A stretch of 63,739 nucleotides of DNA, filler included, from Craspedostauros australis (lineage: Eukaryota): NCBI GenBank assembly GCA_030167865.1. It is 8 parts of 8 records of this genome, joined end to end, with 100 filler letters (N's around TTAATTAATTAA, not from the genome) between each part and the next. Parts side by side here need not be neighbours in the genome. Positions count along the whole stretch, not along the records: positions 31,865 to 45,585 come from JALAGF010004266.1; positions 45,686 to 61,910 come from JALAGF010004267.1; 6 more parts are not named here. One strand, given 5' to 3'. This document shows positions 35,304 to 48,432 of the stretch, in pieces. Position numbers and translations under genes: made by a program. How positions within the stretch are numbered: the stretch's first letter is position 1; each line of letters opens with the position of its first letter. The notes under the pieces were generated by a model. That model did not search any database. It was not told where the DNA came from and saw nothing but the letters and a program-made list of their open reading frames with translations.

Positions 35304-38032
35304 TCAGTCTAACGTACACAATGGTCCTTAGGTGCAACTGGTGCAATTAGCGTCCGTTGAATTTGTATAGACTCTTCCTCTGATGATGATGTCATTGGTT
35401 GCACTGCCACGTTTGCCAAGATCCTTGCACGTGTTCGCACCAGAGCCGGCACCGGCTTCGATGATCACGCTTCCTGCAATTTTGATTGATGAGGGGCGAT
35501 AGAAATCCCGACAAGCGGAATTCCCTTTGCACGCACTATTCCCGATGAAGACACTTGCCACGATCGGTGTCATGGTTGCAGACCCTTGGTAGCTGCGCTG
35601 CGCAATTCATGAGCACGAAGATTGTGAATCGCATGCACCTTCTTCCACTTGCACGTTGCCATAGATATTTCTTCCAAGAAGATTGCAACTCTCCTCTGCA
35701 AGGCAAGGTCTTGGTCCGATCACCCTGAATCCGACTTCGACACCAGCATCTGGCTCACCTTTGGAAAAACCGCCCAACTTATGGCAGGCATCTGTGCCTT
35801 TGCAACTGTCAAGTATGATTGCATTGGGACCTATGGATCTGCAGGCATCAGACCCGGTACACGACCCTGAGCTCACCGTTATCATATCGTCATCATCAGA
35901 GTCAACGACGCAAGCATTGCTACTACCGCTGCAGCAGTCGTGACTGCACGCATTCGTCACCACAGACGCGCTGCCAGTGAAAAGCTTCTTGTCCTCGGTC
36001 GCGAATGCCAACAATGTTTTGGTCACACTTTCTTCGTTCTTGATCTTATCAAAGTGTTCCTGCGCCACCTCCAACGCCACAGGCTGTGGAGGGTCTGCAT
36101 TATCGCATCCAAAGATGCTCTTGACCATCTTTCGCTTCCCCTCATCAGTCAGAGCATCAACCATGGAGACGAATTCCGCACATGTGCCTGTTGAACCATC
36201 GCACAATACGTCACCATCGACGAGATTGAACACTGATGTGTCGTTACCCGGTGTTGAGAGACATCCGACAGTCAAGGATGCTGGGGGGAGAGTTGGAGGT
36301 GAGATAGGAGCTGCTGTTGGAGCTGTTGGGGCTGATGTGGGACGTGATGTGACAGGTGTGGGGAAAGGGGTGGGGGAAAAGGTTGGACAGTCTGTGGGCA
36401 AAGTGTTCTTGCCAATACAGTACTCCTCCACCTTGTCACCAGTAGGATTGCCACCGGAGCTGCTGTCTCCCTTTGGGCAGGCCTCATCGACATCGCTGAT
36501 GAAGTAGAATTCATCGGGGCTGCATTCTGTCTTTGTCATACAGCCTCTGCAGACTTCGACACTGCTGCATCCACCAGGAGGGACAAGGAGGTCAGTTCTC
36601 ATCCTGTCACTGAAGCCCATCTTCTCGCATGACCCATTGATGGCGCAACCACCAGTACCAATGGTCAGGCTGCCTTCATACTTGCCAGCAGTGCCATGGT
36701 TGACGGTTGAATGGGCATCCTTGCAGGCCTTGCTGCCGACGCACGCATTCGCCCCGATGTCGATATGGCTGCGGAAGCGATATGATGGTGCCTTCTGCAC
36801 AACGCGGCGGCCGGCTGAGTTGCATGCGTCTGATCCGATGCATGCGCAGGTCTGGATGGTGACATCACCATGGGAGCGGCGTCCCACTCCCTCACAAGAT
36901 TGAGGGGTGGTGCATGCCATCTCACCGATGAAGGTGACTCCTGTGATGAAGGGATTGATCTCGTTCTCATTCATCAACTCGCATGCACTTGTGCCAGTGC
37001 AGGAGGAATCGAGAATGAGGGAATTGAGTCCCATGTTCTTGAATGCGCTGTCGCCGGTGCAGGCAGAGATGGTGATGGTCATGAATGGAGGGAAGTTGGA
37101 GGCGGAACCGGTGGCTGAAGTGCATCCCAAGGATCCTTGGCAATAAGGGTCGATGGCAGGCGGCAATTACGCCATTCCGGTGGCCATGCACGCCTCCTCC
37201 ATTGCATCCGCTCGTTCGATGATGAGAATTGGGTTGGTGGCAACGATCAACGCCAATTGGCCTGCGAGAATGTCATCCGAGCGTACTTGGTGAAGAGCTT
37301 GCGAGCGGCTCCTTTGCTGAGGTCTCCTGTGCATCCAAACAAGTTCTGTAGTTACTCTGATTCCTTGACGGCGGCGATAGCCTCGCTGCAGGATGGCTTG
37401 TTGGCATCGCAGATGATGGCCTTGGCGCGGGCTTCTTGTGGTGCGAGGACAGCTGTACCATCCGGCTTGCAAATGACTTCGATGGTAGGATCGAAGACGG
37501 TTGGGGGAGCTGATGGTTTGGCAGTTGGTAGGAGGGTAGGCTGGGAGGTTGGCGAAGAGGTTGGTTGGGCGACAGGGCGCATTGAGGGCGTGCCAGACGG
37601 CGACCCAGTTGGCGGAGGAGTCTCCTTGTCGGTAGGTGAAGAGGTCGGGATGCGAGCAATGGAGGTTGACGGCATGAGCGTCGGAGGGGCGGATTCATCC
37701 GCCATGCCGCAACCATCGCAACTGTTGCCGTCTCTGTCGATGCCATTGACGTTCTTGTTCATCTTCTTGGACTTGGTTCCACCTTCGTCGAAGTTACCAT
37801 CGTTGTTGAGAACGGAGGCCTTGCGCATGTGGTTGGCCCACAAGACGACATGTATCTCGCCACTTGCGTCCATGGTCTCGGAAATGGTCCCATCCGTGGC
37901 CGCATCCGCGACCGTACCCGCGTACTTCTCCGCCTGATTCTCCGCGTGCTTGTCTCCTCGGAGACCAGCTTCGGCCATTGCCGAGTTGGAGATGATGGCA
38001 GCGCTGATGATGACTGCTTTGGTGTACATCAT
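35304..38032 (-). pseudogene. disrupted gene for a secreted Cys-rich repeat / PTS-rich protein (~900 codons)
   Basis: Signal peptide followed by AGLRG, PT repeats, and two copies of a [C..C..C..(L/I)FGC] domain each followed by AC-x4-AC repeats. Interrupted by TAA 37352, a frameshift near 37280, TAA 37167, TGA 35607 and possibly TAA 35328. Confidence 0.75.
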
Positions 38033-40107
38033 GTTTGCTTGATGGTTCTTGGTTGTTGGTTGTTGTCTCTTGATTAGACGTCGATGGACGTCAACGGACG
38101 ATGGTCGCTTGTCGACGGTCGATGGTCGATGCTTTTGACGACTCGGTTGGATTTCTGAGATGAAGAGTCGTCTTGATGGCTGTGCGAAATGACCTCGAAA
38201 GATCACCTCGCTGTTGTGCTGGATGTCATGGGCTTTTGTGCTGTAATGATTGCGTTGCGTATTGATGTGGTGGTTTTGATGCCGTGTAGACTCGGGTGAG
38301 TGAAGAGTATGGTACTCCACGTGATGCTGTCGTGGCGTGAGGAAGGCCAAAGCAGTTTCACAACTACTACGACTATACGGCCATTGTTGTGCCAATACAG
38401 CATGGAGTAGAGTACACGTAGAGATCGAAGCCTGCTTGGAGATAGAAGGCGGCACATTCGTACCCGCTACCAACACAGGCAACGGGCGCAGGGACGCGAA
38501 CGTTCTTCTTTGCGTGGTTTTCATAACTACAATGCCTCCCGACAAAACTCTTCGTCGCCATTGGAGGTGGTTGTAAGGGTCATAATTTCATAACTGGTCA
38601 GCCTCGTTCACCCCGATTTCAAGTCACGACCATCAGTCCCGTAGTCAAATCTGCCCCCAAGACTAAATCAGTGCCCATCAATCCATTGGGTCCTTCCATG
38701 CATCACCATTTCTCTCCACGACCATTTTCCTCGTATCACCCCGTTCGGGGTTATCTTGTCATCACTTGCGGATTGTTAAGATAAGCATGATGTACATCCT
38801 ATTATATTGTGGAGAGTATAGTTTACTATTCATACCATAGGATGAGTCACTGTGCTCCATTGTATTATATAATATTATGCTGCATAGTATTCGCAAGTGT
38901 TGCCGTGTACGTGGGTGTGGACGTGTAGGGATGCCACGAACAACACTGTGCTACTTGACACAACACACACAAGGGAGGAAGCACACAACAGAGCCCAATT
39001 GTCCACAACATGAGGAATCAACACAACACCGAAGCTCTCACAACATCACCACCCACACTGTTGGATACCATCGCAGTCTGATATCGACCAACAATGACGG
39101 CATCATTCTCGTCCACAGTGAGGACAAGCCATGTATTAGTGTTGTAAGAGCTATCTAAATATATCTAACCCTAATGGACAACATGCCACATAGATGCCTA
39201 ACAAGGTCATGTTGTCCAATTCAACATTGACAGGATTATGCTCGACCTCGCTGAATGGGGTCGTATGTTGACACATTCACAGCTTCAGTGTCGCACATCT
39301 CTTGCTGCTTCACACATTCACAAATACATGTGTCTTGCCTAAGTGCAGTTTTCAACTGCCATGAACCAGATGAATGTGTTTGTATGTGCATATGTGTCGC
39401 TCCGTGCCATCCGCAGTTCATCTCCATACTATTCACTTCGCGTTGCCACTTTCCTGCTTCCCCGTCTTCCTTTCTCCATCGGCTGTGCTGCTGGTGTCCA
39501 CTCCTTCATTCGTTGAATGCTCAACGTACCTATCCCAACCATCGCAGCATTCAGTGCAATCGTTTGCTTGCCAATTATCTCATTGTCAATGCTTTGATGA
39601 TACAAATGGCCATTGTAGCTTCCCACTCGCACCTTCTTTGCTTCTGGGCATCGTCGATGCCCACCACATCTTCCTTTGCTTTCTTCTCAAGAGCCATCGC
39701 TTTGTATGTCAGGTTACAATTGTCATCCATAGTCCCTGTTTCGCGATAGTGCTCTTCCATTGCCTCAACTTCAGCCTCTGCCATGTCCATTGCTCCCTAC
39801 ATCCTCCAAGATCTCTTCCAACCTTTCAACAAAGGCAGATCCTACCAGAAATGGTTCTTCAATGCTGACTTGAAAGTCAGATACTTCATTGCAATGGCAG
39901 TGACATCAATGTAGCCAAACTTACAACAGCGAATATATGATGGTCATGGTGGCGCCATGTCTCACGGATCGATGGGCAACGCTTCGATGCCAGGCTATAG
40001 CAGTTATGCCAATCAATCGAACGATGGCCTGGTAAGCCCGATGAAGTTGTAGAACTCTGTGGAGTCACTATACTCTCAAATCAAAGACCTGAGTTGAGAT
40101 TCAATGA

Positions 40108-40780
40108 GGGACAGACTATTACCGAACACGGTATCAACCCGATGGGAGAAATTCTTGTTTTGGCGCGAAATCTTCCGACTTGATTGACCACCAAATCTTT
40201 TTCTCCTCCTTCCTCTCCTCCATTCACGAATCCATCATGACTCAAACCTGACCGACCTGACTCACAACCCATCTGGGAACTATATGCTCTTCAGATCCTC
40301 CTTACTACAACATACCTCGATTCCTCCATGCTGATGACCACCACACTACCACCGTGGTCTCAAAATGCGTATCCAACTTGCTTCAACCCAAGCAATGGAA
40401 TCCGAGGGTCAGCTTCAGCCACAGCCACTACTTCATGACCGTCACCACTAGGTGTCATGACCTACACTGCAGTGTAACTACATGTACGGAGAGCAAAGCA
40501 CTGTAATGATTGTCTACTCTGTTGCACTGAATCAAGTACATCAGTGCAGGGTCTCGCCAAGTTGTGTGGCATCGTTTCTTCACCCTACTAACACCAATAA
40601 GCTAACTCATAATAACAGACAAGGATTAGCTACAAAGCACTCTACTACTCATCGTTACAGTTACAACTCTTCAACCAGTACACCTCTCTTGAACTGCATC
40701 ACACGGCTATCCCAAAGCCAGCAGATTCACGAGACATCCTCCACCGATTCGCGCCGTCTACGCCCGAATCGTAACTACCT
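40108..40780 (+). repeat. degenerate dispersed repeat family A, copy 2
   Basis: Colinear similarity to 24545-25280. Boundaries approximate. Confidence 0.75.
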
Positions 40781-41874
40781 GAAAGATATTGCTTGATGAT
40801 GGAAGATGCTTGAGCTGAGGTACCAACCCCTTCGCACACTTATTGGCATGGTGTCGAGGATGCAGTGTGCTACAGCACACATGAGAAGGTGCTGCTGTGC
40901 AGCAAGATGCTCAAGAACGACAAGGATGATGGCAATCAAGGCAGCCTGGTGCTGGCAATGATACTGGAGGGTGGACGTCATGATGGTCGGGGAAGATATG
41001 ATCCGCTGGAGTTCATCAGATGATAAATGCAGAGTTACACTAGGTGCATGTAAAGAAAGAGTTGAACTGCAACAGAGAGTTGCGATGCAACGGGTGGCAA
41101 CGAATAATCAACTTGCAGTAGAGCACATTGGATCAATCTGGTGTGAGCACAAAGTTTTGCTCCGATGCAGCCGTTGAGAACGAATTTTGGACTACCACGA
41201 CTCGTCAGAGAGATTATGAAATTATGAACGGTCTCCGAGGAGCGTTCATATTCGCGGACAATGAGTTCATAATTATTTCGATTGACGTTATGTCGACGTT
41301 GACCCCCAATTCAACGAGGAGCCGAAAGGTATCTTGTGCCCTAAATGGAGCGATATGATTGGCCGAGAGGCCCAGATTATGAAATTATGACCCTTACAAC
41401 CACCTCCATTAGTGCACTGAAGCCATTCACAGTTACCAAAACAATTTCTGTGCGGATTGAGGCAAAGCCAGACACGATTCGTCGCGGAATTGTGAATGGG
41501 AGAAATTGCATGTCGGATTGAATCGAGAAGTCGACGACCATGTAGACCGGCAGGGTCCTCAGGTGTGATAGATAGTAGAGATGGAGAGGACTTGGCGGAG
41601 GCGACAATAACGCCGGTCGCGTAGTCGGAGAAGCAATAGCTCGAGAGAGAGTGTAAAGAGCAGACGTGTGAGGAACAGCAGTCGTTGTCTATCTATCCAT
41701 CTATCTACTCTATGCGCGAGTATATGCCTGTGCTGATCTATTGGATGTTGGTAATGACGATGCGGGCAAAGAAGAATGGCAATATCATCAACATGAACAT
41801 CAACATCAACGCCGACTGTTACATGGAAAGTGCTTGAGCTGCGCGACTGTCATCAAGAGTAGAGTAGAGCAAAC

Positions 41875-42189
41875 GCAGGCAAGCCATATGGGAAGGTAGA
41901 GGCTGTGAATCTTGGATCGACTAAGCCGTCCGCATCTTGCTTTGCTATCAGCAGCCTGGTCTGAGTTGCAGTGCATTCGTGGCAAATCAGAGCCCAGGTT
42001 GGGTCTGCTGCTGGACTATCGATGGCCGACAGCAGGGTGACAATACGGTACGGAGTGACCGTCGGTGTGCCGAGGGCGGCAAGCACCGAGCGGGTTAGAT
42101 CCTAGGGACCAAGGGTCAAGCCCGGAGAAGGTTAAATGCACACGAGCTGTCGAAGCCAGCCGAAGGCAGATAGCCACTAGCACGAAGTG
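41875..42189 (+). ncRNA. candidate structured RNA element of unknown family
   Basis: Seven near-contiguous helices with G-U pairs favouring the plus strand, and a possible 7-bp pseudoknot. No Rfam family recognised by eye. Confidence 0.4.
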
Positions 42190-43274
42190 ATTGAAAGGCA
42201 GCAAGGGACAACAAAGCAACACCTCTGACTCAACTGCAGGAGACGAGCGGGATGCAAGCAGCGATGCCAACGATCGCCAACCTCAGATTACAGAACGTCT
42301 GATGCGATGCTAGATGACAACTTCGTCTCGGTCCAATTTTCGTCGATGTCGGCTGATGATCAGAAGCAAGAACGCAGTCAGATCCAAGCAATTGTGGCAG
42401 CCATTGACCCAATACGATATGACGTCGTGAACATGGCGGACGCGTGCTTGTGCGAATCGAGGAAAGAGAGGCTCAACAAGCAGCATACTGCAACAGCCAG
42501 AGAGTGTGACGACGTGCAATGATCAATGAGATGACATCATCTTCACACAGGTGTTTCGCTCAGGCGATTGGGCTTTTGCTCCTCCACAACGAAGAGGATC
42601 GACAGAGCGACATACGTAAGAAACCTATGCAATGAAGGCTCGTCACTCGCCATGCAGCATGGAATCACAGATAACGGTAGAATCTTTGCATGGAGCTCAG
42701 GGTATCCTAGATTTTCATTGCCAACGTTTTGTGCGCTCAGAAACGAGTCGGCTCTCGCCTAACGCTGCCTGGAATGTGCACTAACATCTTGATTTCTCTA
42801 CGAGTACGACTATACGGCATCGTTCCTCGTCAATACAGAATGCGGCGGTGTACTTGAGCAAACCTACTCACTTAAGTTTCCCAAACGATACGCTTGCGGA
42901 CGAGTGCCTGCCTCCAATCTTGTGCGGCCTTGGTCGTTGTTTTGGATGCATTGCACGTAGGTGTGGTCGTCATCGCGTGCAGAGTGATCCTGTTTCCCAA
43001 TTCCGGATCGTCCAACGCTCTCAATTCCCCGTACTCCGCACTTCTCTATTTCACAAGCGGGCACATACTGATCTGGTGACAGACAACAGCGCAGAGCACT
43101 CTACTCGTACGAGTGGAGCATTCCAAGCAAACAGTCGAAGCTAACTCAATTCATATGACAGTGCATAGAGGTCTGTGTAGAATTCATATTATACTATGAG
43201 TATATGCAAAAGTACAGCCAAATGTTGTTCATTCCATTCATACAATTCATTCTTGGCCACGGTCTTCGTGTTCA

Positions 43275-44189
43275 TTACACGTTGTAGAGTTCAAAGTTCT
43301 TGATGTCCATAGCAAACGCATTATCACCAACTTCGTGGAAGTTCATGGCGTCGCCAAAGCATGCCCATGTCTTTGCCTTTTCGATGTCGCATTCCACGAC
43401 ATCAAGCTGCAATTTGGGAATGCAGTCCGTGCCATTGGCTGGTGACTGCGCCATGGTGTTGTTCTGAGAGCTGAAGACTTGTTGTGAAGCCGTTGACGGT
43501 TGCAACAGCTGTGCAGCTCTTCCTGCTGGCGAAGTGGAGTCTTGCAAAGACTGTGCTCTTCCCGCCACGGTTTGTGTCGATTGACTTCCTTCATCGGATG
43601 CGTGGTTGTGATCCGAAACTATCCTGGCAAGGCTTGTCTGTGCGGAAGCTCCTGGGATGATGTCCTGGGCCTGGGAGAACGTGGGGGCTGATTGGGTCTC
43701 CGGGGGCGGAATGCTGCGAACAGCCTCGCTTCGGCTGTCCACGCTCTCACCGGAAAACCCACTGAGTTGAATTGCAGACGAACGGATTTGGGCCAGCTGC
43801 GCTTCTGTGAAAGCCTGCTGCATTTCCCGTCGGCGCTTGACGCGAAGCTGCGTGCTGGACTTGTACTTTGAAGACAGAGCGTCACGGATCATGCAGCCGA
43901 CCTTGGTCCTGGCTGCGCTTTCGTTCATCTCGTACCACCGACCGTCGTGGAACTTGACGAAAGGCGCGGGGCCGATATTGGACACCTTCACCATCTCGAT
44001 GATGTCGGTGACGATGTCCGTCTTTTGCTGCTTGGATGCGGACAGGTAGGCATTGCGGTACATTTCGATGACGCAAGTCAGGCGCTTGTTGCCAGTGGCG
44101 GAGATGCACCGCTTGCCTTTGCCAATCAGGATTGTGTGCGGATATGGAGTGTAGGTCGTTGGCAGGACTCTTGTAGTGTTGAGCATCAT
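43275..44189 (-). CDS. DUF6824-domain protein
   Basis: ILIGKGK...GNKRL...Y..ASKQQKTDIV..I...V...FVK..DGRWYE.....AR.KV...IRD, followed by a low-complexity tail. Confidence 0.8.
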   Translation of the reverse strand: MMLNTTRVLPTTYTPYPHTILIGKGKRCISATGNKRLTCVIEMYRNAYLSASKQQKTDIVTDIIEMVKVSNIGPAPFVKFHDGRWYEMNESAARTKVGCMIRDALSSKYKSSTQLRVKRRREMQQAFTEAQLAQIRSSAIQLSGFSGESVDSRSEAVRSIPPPETQSAPTFSQAQDIIPGASAQTSLARIVSDHNHASDEGSQSTQTVAGRAQSLQDSTSPAGRAAQLLQPSTASQQVFSSQNNTMAQSPANGTDCIPKLQLDVVECDIEKAKTWACFGDAMNFHEVGDNAFAMDIKNFELYNV

Positions 44190-45585
44190 GGTGGCTGTTG
44201 TAGTTGGTATTTGCTGTTTGCTGTTTGCTCTTGCTCTTGTGCGTGTGCGTTGCCGTTTGGATACCGTTGTTGGTTGCTGTTACTAGTGGCGGGGTGGGTG
44301 GGGTTGCAGGATGGTTGCTTCGTGAAGACTGAGATTGAAGATTATGAGCGTTGGGATATTGTGAGTTGATCAGGGCTGACATGAGACGGGAAAAGATGAC
44401 TGCGTCTCTGTTGTTGTCGTTTCTACTGCTGGTGATGTTGCTGCTTGTACTGTCGGATCGTATCAATTGTGTGTCTGTACTTGTCTGTACTTGCACTGTG
44501 GTTTCTGTTAGCTGATTGACTACTTGCACAGGTTTGCTGCCCGAGCGTCGTAATCGCAAACAGGGTGCTGGGCTCGTACGAACACACGCACGAACAAATG
44601 TACCACCACACGTACGAACAAAGGTACGAACACACGTACAAGCACGTGGATGTATTGGTATGAAGTGGTTCCAGCACGCTTCGAGTACGAGTATGACACA
44701 GAGACGCAATTGGTCGCCTCCCCACCCTTTCGCCGGGCGCGAGTTTGGATACGGTGTGTGTACGACTTTGTGTGCGATACGCTGAGTCTTCAAGGGTGGG
44801 TCTGGAGCAACGCAGATGTGCAGACGAACCAATCTCCATTGTTCCGCATGTTGATGCAAGTTTGTGGTTCCAACGAGAGGCGGATCCAGCCAGAGCTCCA
44901 CTTAAGCGTTTGTTGCGCCATGTTGGAAACGATATTTCCGTCGAACGCAAGAAATGTCAACTTGATTTATTGAGTCTGCATTCGGCCACAACAGATGTGT
45001 TCCGTGATCTTCGTTGAAGAACCCGTCGACAAGTACAAATATCAACCAGATATGGTTACTTTGGTCGTAGTACTTAGTGGAGTATTGGTACGATTCCAAG
45101 GGGGGGAAGGGAAAACGGCGTTTTTTGCGAATTGCGACGAAGGAAAACGAAAGTCGAAAAGGGATGCGGGCCACCAAATGGCGAAACATTCTTGCGTATT
45201 TTCAAAAACAACTTGTGGCTTTTTTGCTCATTATCATGTTGTGTACGAACTGCATCTTGTTGTTTTTTGGCTTTTTTCATTCTGGTCCACGGATCCTTCG
45301 CCTCTTCATGCCATTGTACACATTCGACAGCTACAGAGCCAGCATGTTCCCCTCTCTTCGAATGGGGGGTGCGGATGTTGTTGCGACTCTCTTGCCAGTT
45401 GACTTGTTGCATTCCAACAGCAGGATTCATCTAGGTACGACAAGCAAACGTTGTACATTCTGACTCCACTATTTATGGTATTCTCGTTTGCCTTGCTGAG
45501 GCGGTTAACTTGCATCACCACGGCTCTGTCGTGCAGCCCTTCCACGGGTCCTCATCCCAGTAGTAGTCGGCTTTCTTCGTGCTTT

Positions 45586-45685
45586 NNNNNNNNNNNNNNN
45601 NNNNNNNNNNNNNNNNNNNNNNNNNNNNNTTAATTAATTAANNNNNNNNNNNNNNNNNNNNNNNNNNNNNNNNNNNNNNNNNNNN
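45586..45685. other. artificial contig spacer
   Basis: N44-TTAATTAATTAA-N44. Confidence 0.98.
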
Positions 45686-47290
45686 CGGACAACAGAGATG
45701 CAAGCACTCTTCTCTGCTCGCGCTCTCCTATCGTGCTGATAGTCGTAAGTGTAGACGATGGCTGGACGTATAAACATTTACTTTACAATGTGTACTATTA
45801 TATGATATAAACGAGATTGGATGTGATGGGTTTGGACTTTCATACGAGTACACGAAGGGGCAAGCCGTCGTGTTGGTACGTGTGCCATGGATGCGCTTGA
45901 TACATCGAGATGTCGACGATCCCGCGCAGTCCATTTGCCACAGCGGGAGATGCTCCACGAACTCTCACATACTCGTACATATGAATTCGAGTTGTGTGAC
46001 ACATCTCCATCTCGCCATGAACCCACGAAGGTCATGATGGGAGTGCGAGGGCCTCCTCAACGAGGGGCTTGTTGATCCATGCTTCTGCTGGATCTCTGTT
46101 CGAGAGCACCGTTCCATGAGAATGTCATTGTGCGCAGAGCGGCGGAGCATATTGACAAGGAACGCCGCCACTGTCTCAATGCCGAATCGCCGGATCTGTT
46201 CCGCTTGGTTGATCATCCACCAAGCCATTCATTGGAGGATGGATGCGTTGGAGGACAGTCGGATAGTATCCAGATTGTGCTTACGTGGATGCCTGTGATT
46301 GTGGACGGTGTATTGCAACGGCACGGAGAGAAACGAAAGGTGAGATGAGATCAAAGTGACGGACGCGTGTGCTGATGATTGTAGCGGTTTCGGTCCATCT
46401 CCTGGTTTGCCAATCATGTGTGCCGCTTTCTCGCTGGCAACGACGGACTGCATGAATAGACGAATGGATGCTTGGGCCATGGCAGGAGCAGCGTTTTCAA
46501 CGTACCTTCTTGCTCTTGGTTTCCTTGAAACCATCCGCCGAAGCCGTCTTCGATTTTTTCGTGACCTCTGAGGTCTTTGGAGCCTTGGTGCTGCTCGCTG
46601 CAGTGGTAGTAGTCGTTGTTGTCGTAGTGCTGCCATTCTTCGGTGCCTTCGTGGACTTTGGCGCCTTGGTGCTCGCGCTTCCGCCAGTATCGCTGGTTGT
46701 CTTTGGGGACTTGGTGGCCTTCGGTGCCTTGGTGCTGCCACTTGTGGTATCGCTGGTTGTCTTTGGCGACTTGGTGGCCTTGACGCTCTTCATGGTTGGG
46801 GAGGCTGTGATTGTTGGCATATATGTTGGTGCTGATGTCGGCAACCCTGTTGGCACTGCTGTTGGTGACAGGGTTGGGAGATCAGTTGGACGTGCGGTTG
46901 GCATGCCGGTCGGTGCTGCTGATCCTGTTGGCATATCCGTTGGTGTTGATGACGGCGACCCTGTTGGCACGCTGGTTGGGGCTGCTGTCGGCATGCTCGT
47001 TGGTACTGACGACGGCGTCGAAGACGGTGCCTCTGATCTGGTGGGAACCGCCGATGGCAACGTCGATGGGGTTGCAGACGGCGCGATCGACCTGGTGGGA
47101 ACAGCTGATGGCAAGGTCGATGGGGTCGCAGACGGCGCGATCGATCTGGTTGGAACGGACGATGGCGAACTGCTTGGTAGCTGCCCGTTCGTCGTGGCGA
47201 CGTTTGAGAGGGCGACGAAGAGGAAGGAGAGAATGGAGATCTTCATGGTGGACGGCGTTGGCTGGTCTGATGAGGTTGTCGTTTGCGGTA

Positions 47291-47336
<46 letters not shown>

Positions 47337-48019
47337 GCGTTTGTAGCAGTGGGCAGATTGGTCAACTGATTGATTTTATGAGGACAATCTTGGCTTGTGC
47401 GTCGCGGTGAAAGTGTCGACGCACCATCAGGTCCCCAACTGTCGTCGCCGTTATGGCTGTTGTTGTTGTTGCTGTTGTTGTTGTTGTAGTCGGTACCATT
47501 TCCGTCGTGATGGAGCAACACAGTTGTCTTGGTGGATGACATGCATCTTGGACGCTGACTCTCGAGTTTGGCCAAGGTTGGGACTTGGGAAACGATTGAA
47601 TTTTTGTCGGTGTTTGCACGAGTTGTGAGCATGAACGGTGTCGTAGCTTTGGGCATCGTCACCAAGGGATTGTTGTTGTGGGTGTTGGCGATGCGATTGT
47701 GAATCTTGTGACGATCTGCCAAAAATGTGAGCGGATTGCGAGGACACTCGACAAACAAATCTTGTTCGACACGAGTGACGCAGCAAACGTGTTTGGAAAC
47801 AATGCGATTTCTTCATGTTCGGAGAATCACGTACAGTCGGACAGACAATGGAGAACATCAGGCTCGTTATTTGTTGTCGTCGTGACCTTCGACCTCACCC
47901 AACAACTCTTAGTCGTGGTTTTCGAGTTACTCCGACATCATGTGGTGACCGTTGGTTTTGTGCCTTCTCTGTTGGTCTCTCGTTTGGTTGGATGCGCACT
48001 CCTTCGAACAATCGCTTGC
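45686..48019 (-). repeat. reverse-complement copy of 31865-34198 (2334 bp contig overlap; includes the mucin/KxxK ORF at 46497-47246)
   Basis: ORF translations are identical. Each copy starts exactly at a contig start, and coordinates sum to 79884 at both ends. Confidence 0.95.
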
Positions 48020-48432
48020 GTGTCGATCCATCCATCCATCCATCCATCAGACCACAGCACCATGGCGATGTACGAACCACCAGACGCAATTCAGGTCGTG
48101 TTCTCCTCGCACCATACAAAGTCGTACGACATTCATCCATTCGGCCACACGTGACGCACGTCGTCCATCTTTGTCGGGTCTCGTCAAGTGGCCGGGCACG
48201 AGTGTTGCCAGCGTCGGCGCATTTGCACACAAATGTGCAGCGGCCCTTGCCACCGTGCCTCCATCCCAATGCAGATGCGTTGGGGTCGAGGAGGCGCAGA
48301 TCTTTGAATGCACCCAACCCTTCCGCTGTTCTCCCATGACGAAAGACAAACAAACAAACAATCGTACTGTCTTATCCTGCTGTTTTGTGCTGTTGCTGTT
48401 GTTCAAATTGCAAATATTAATGCTCGAGCGCT

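Noticed and set aside
35607..37354. In-frame stops as evidence of stop-codon reassignment
   Set aside because: Neighbouring intact genes terminate at TAA, TAG and TGA, and the same gene also has a frameshift.
39165..39174. CTAACCCTAA, resembling a telomerase RNA template
   Set aside because: A single 10-mer in degenerate CpG-poor DNA with no supporting structure or promoter; compatible with chance.
42110..42145. CAAGCCCGG..AAATGCA resembling a twister ribozyme core
   Set aside because: The upstream UAA cleavage motif and downstream GAG are absent, so no family was assigned.
43882..44901. 339-aa minus-strand ORF
   Set aside because: Non-ATG start, runs through simple repeats and overlaps the DUF6824 gene out of frame.
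45686..48019. Large inverted repeat with 31865-34198, suggesting a giant TIR element or a duplicated gene
   Set aside because: Each copy starts exactly at a contig start, so this is best explained as an overlap of two mis-oriented contigs.
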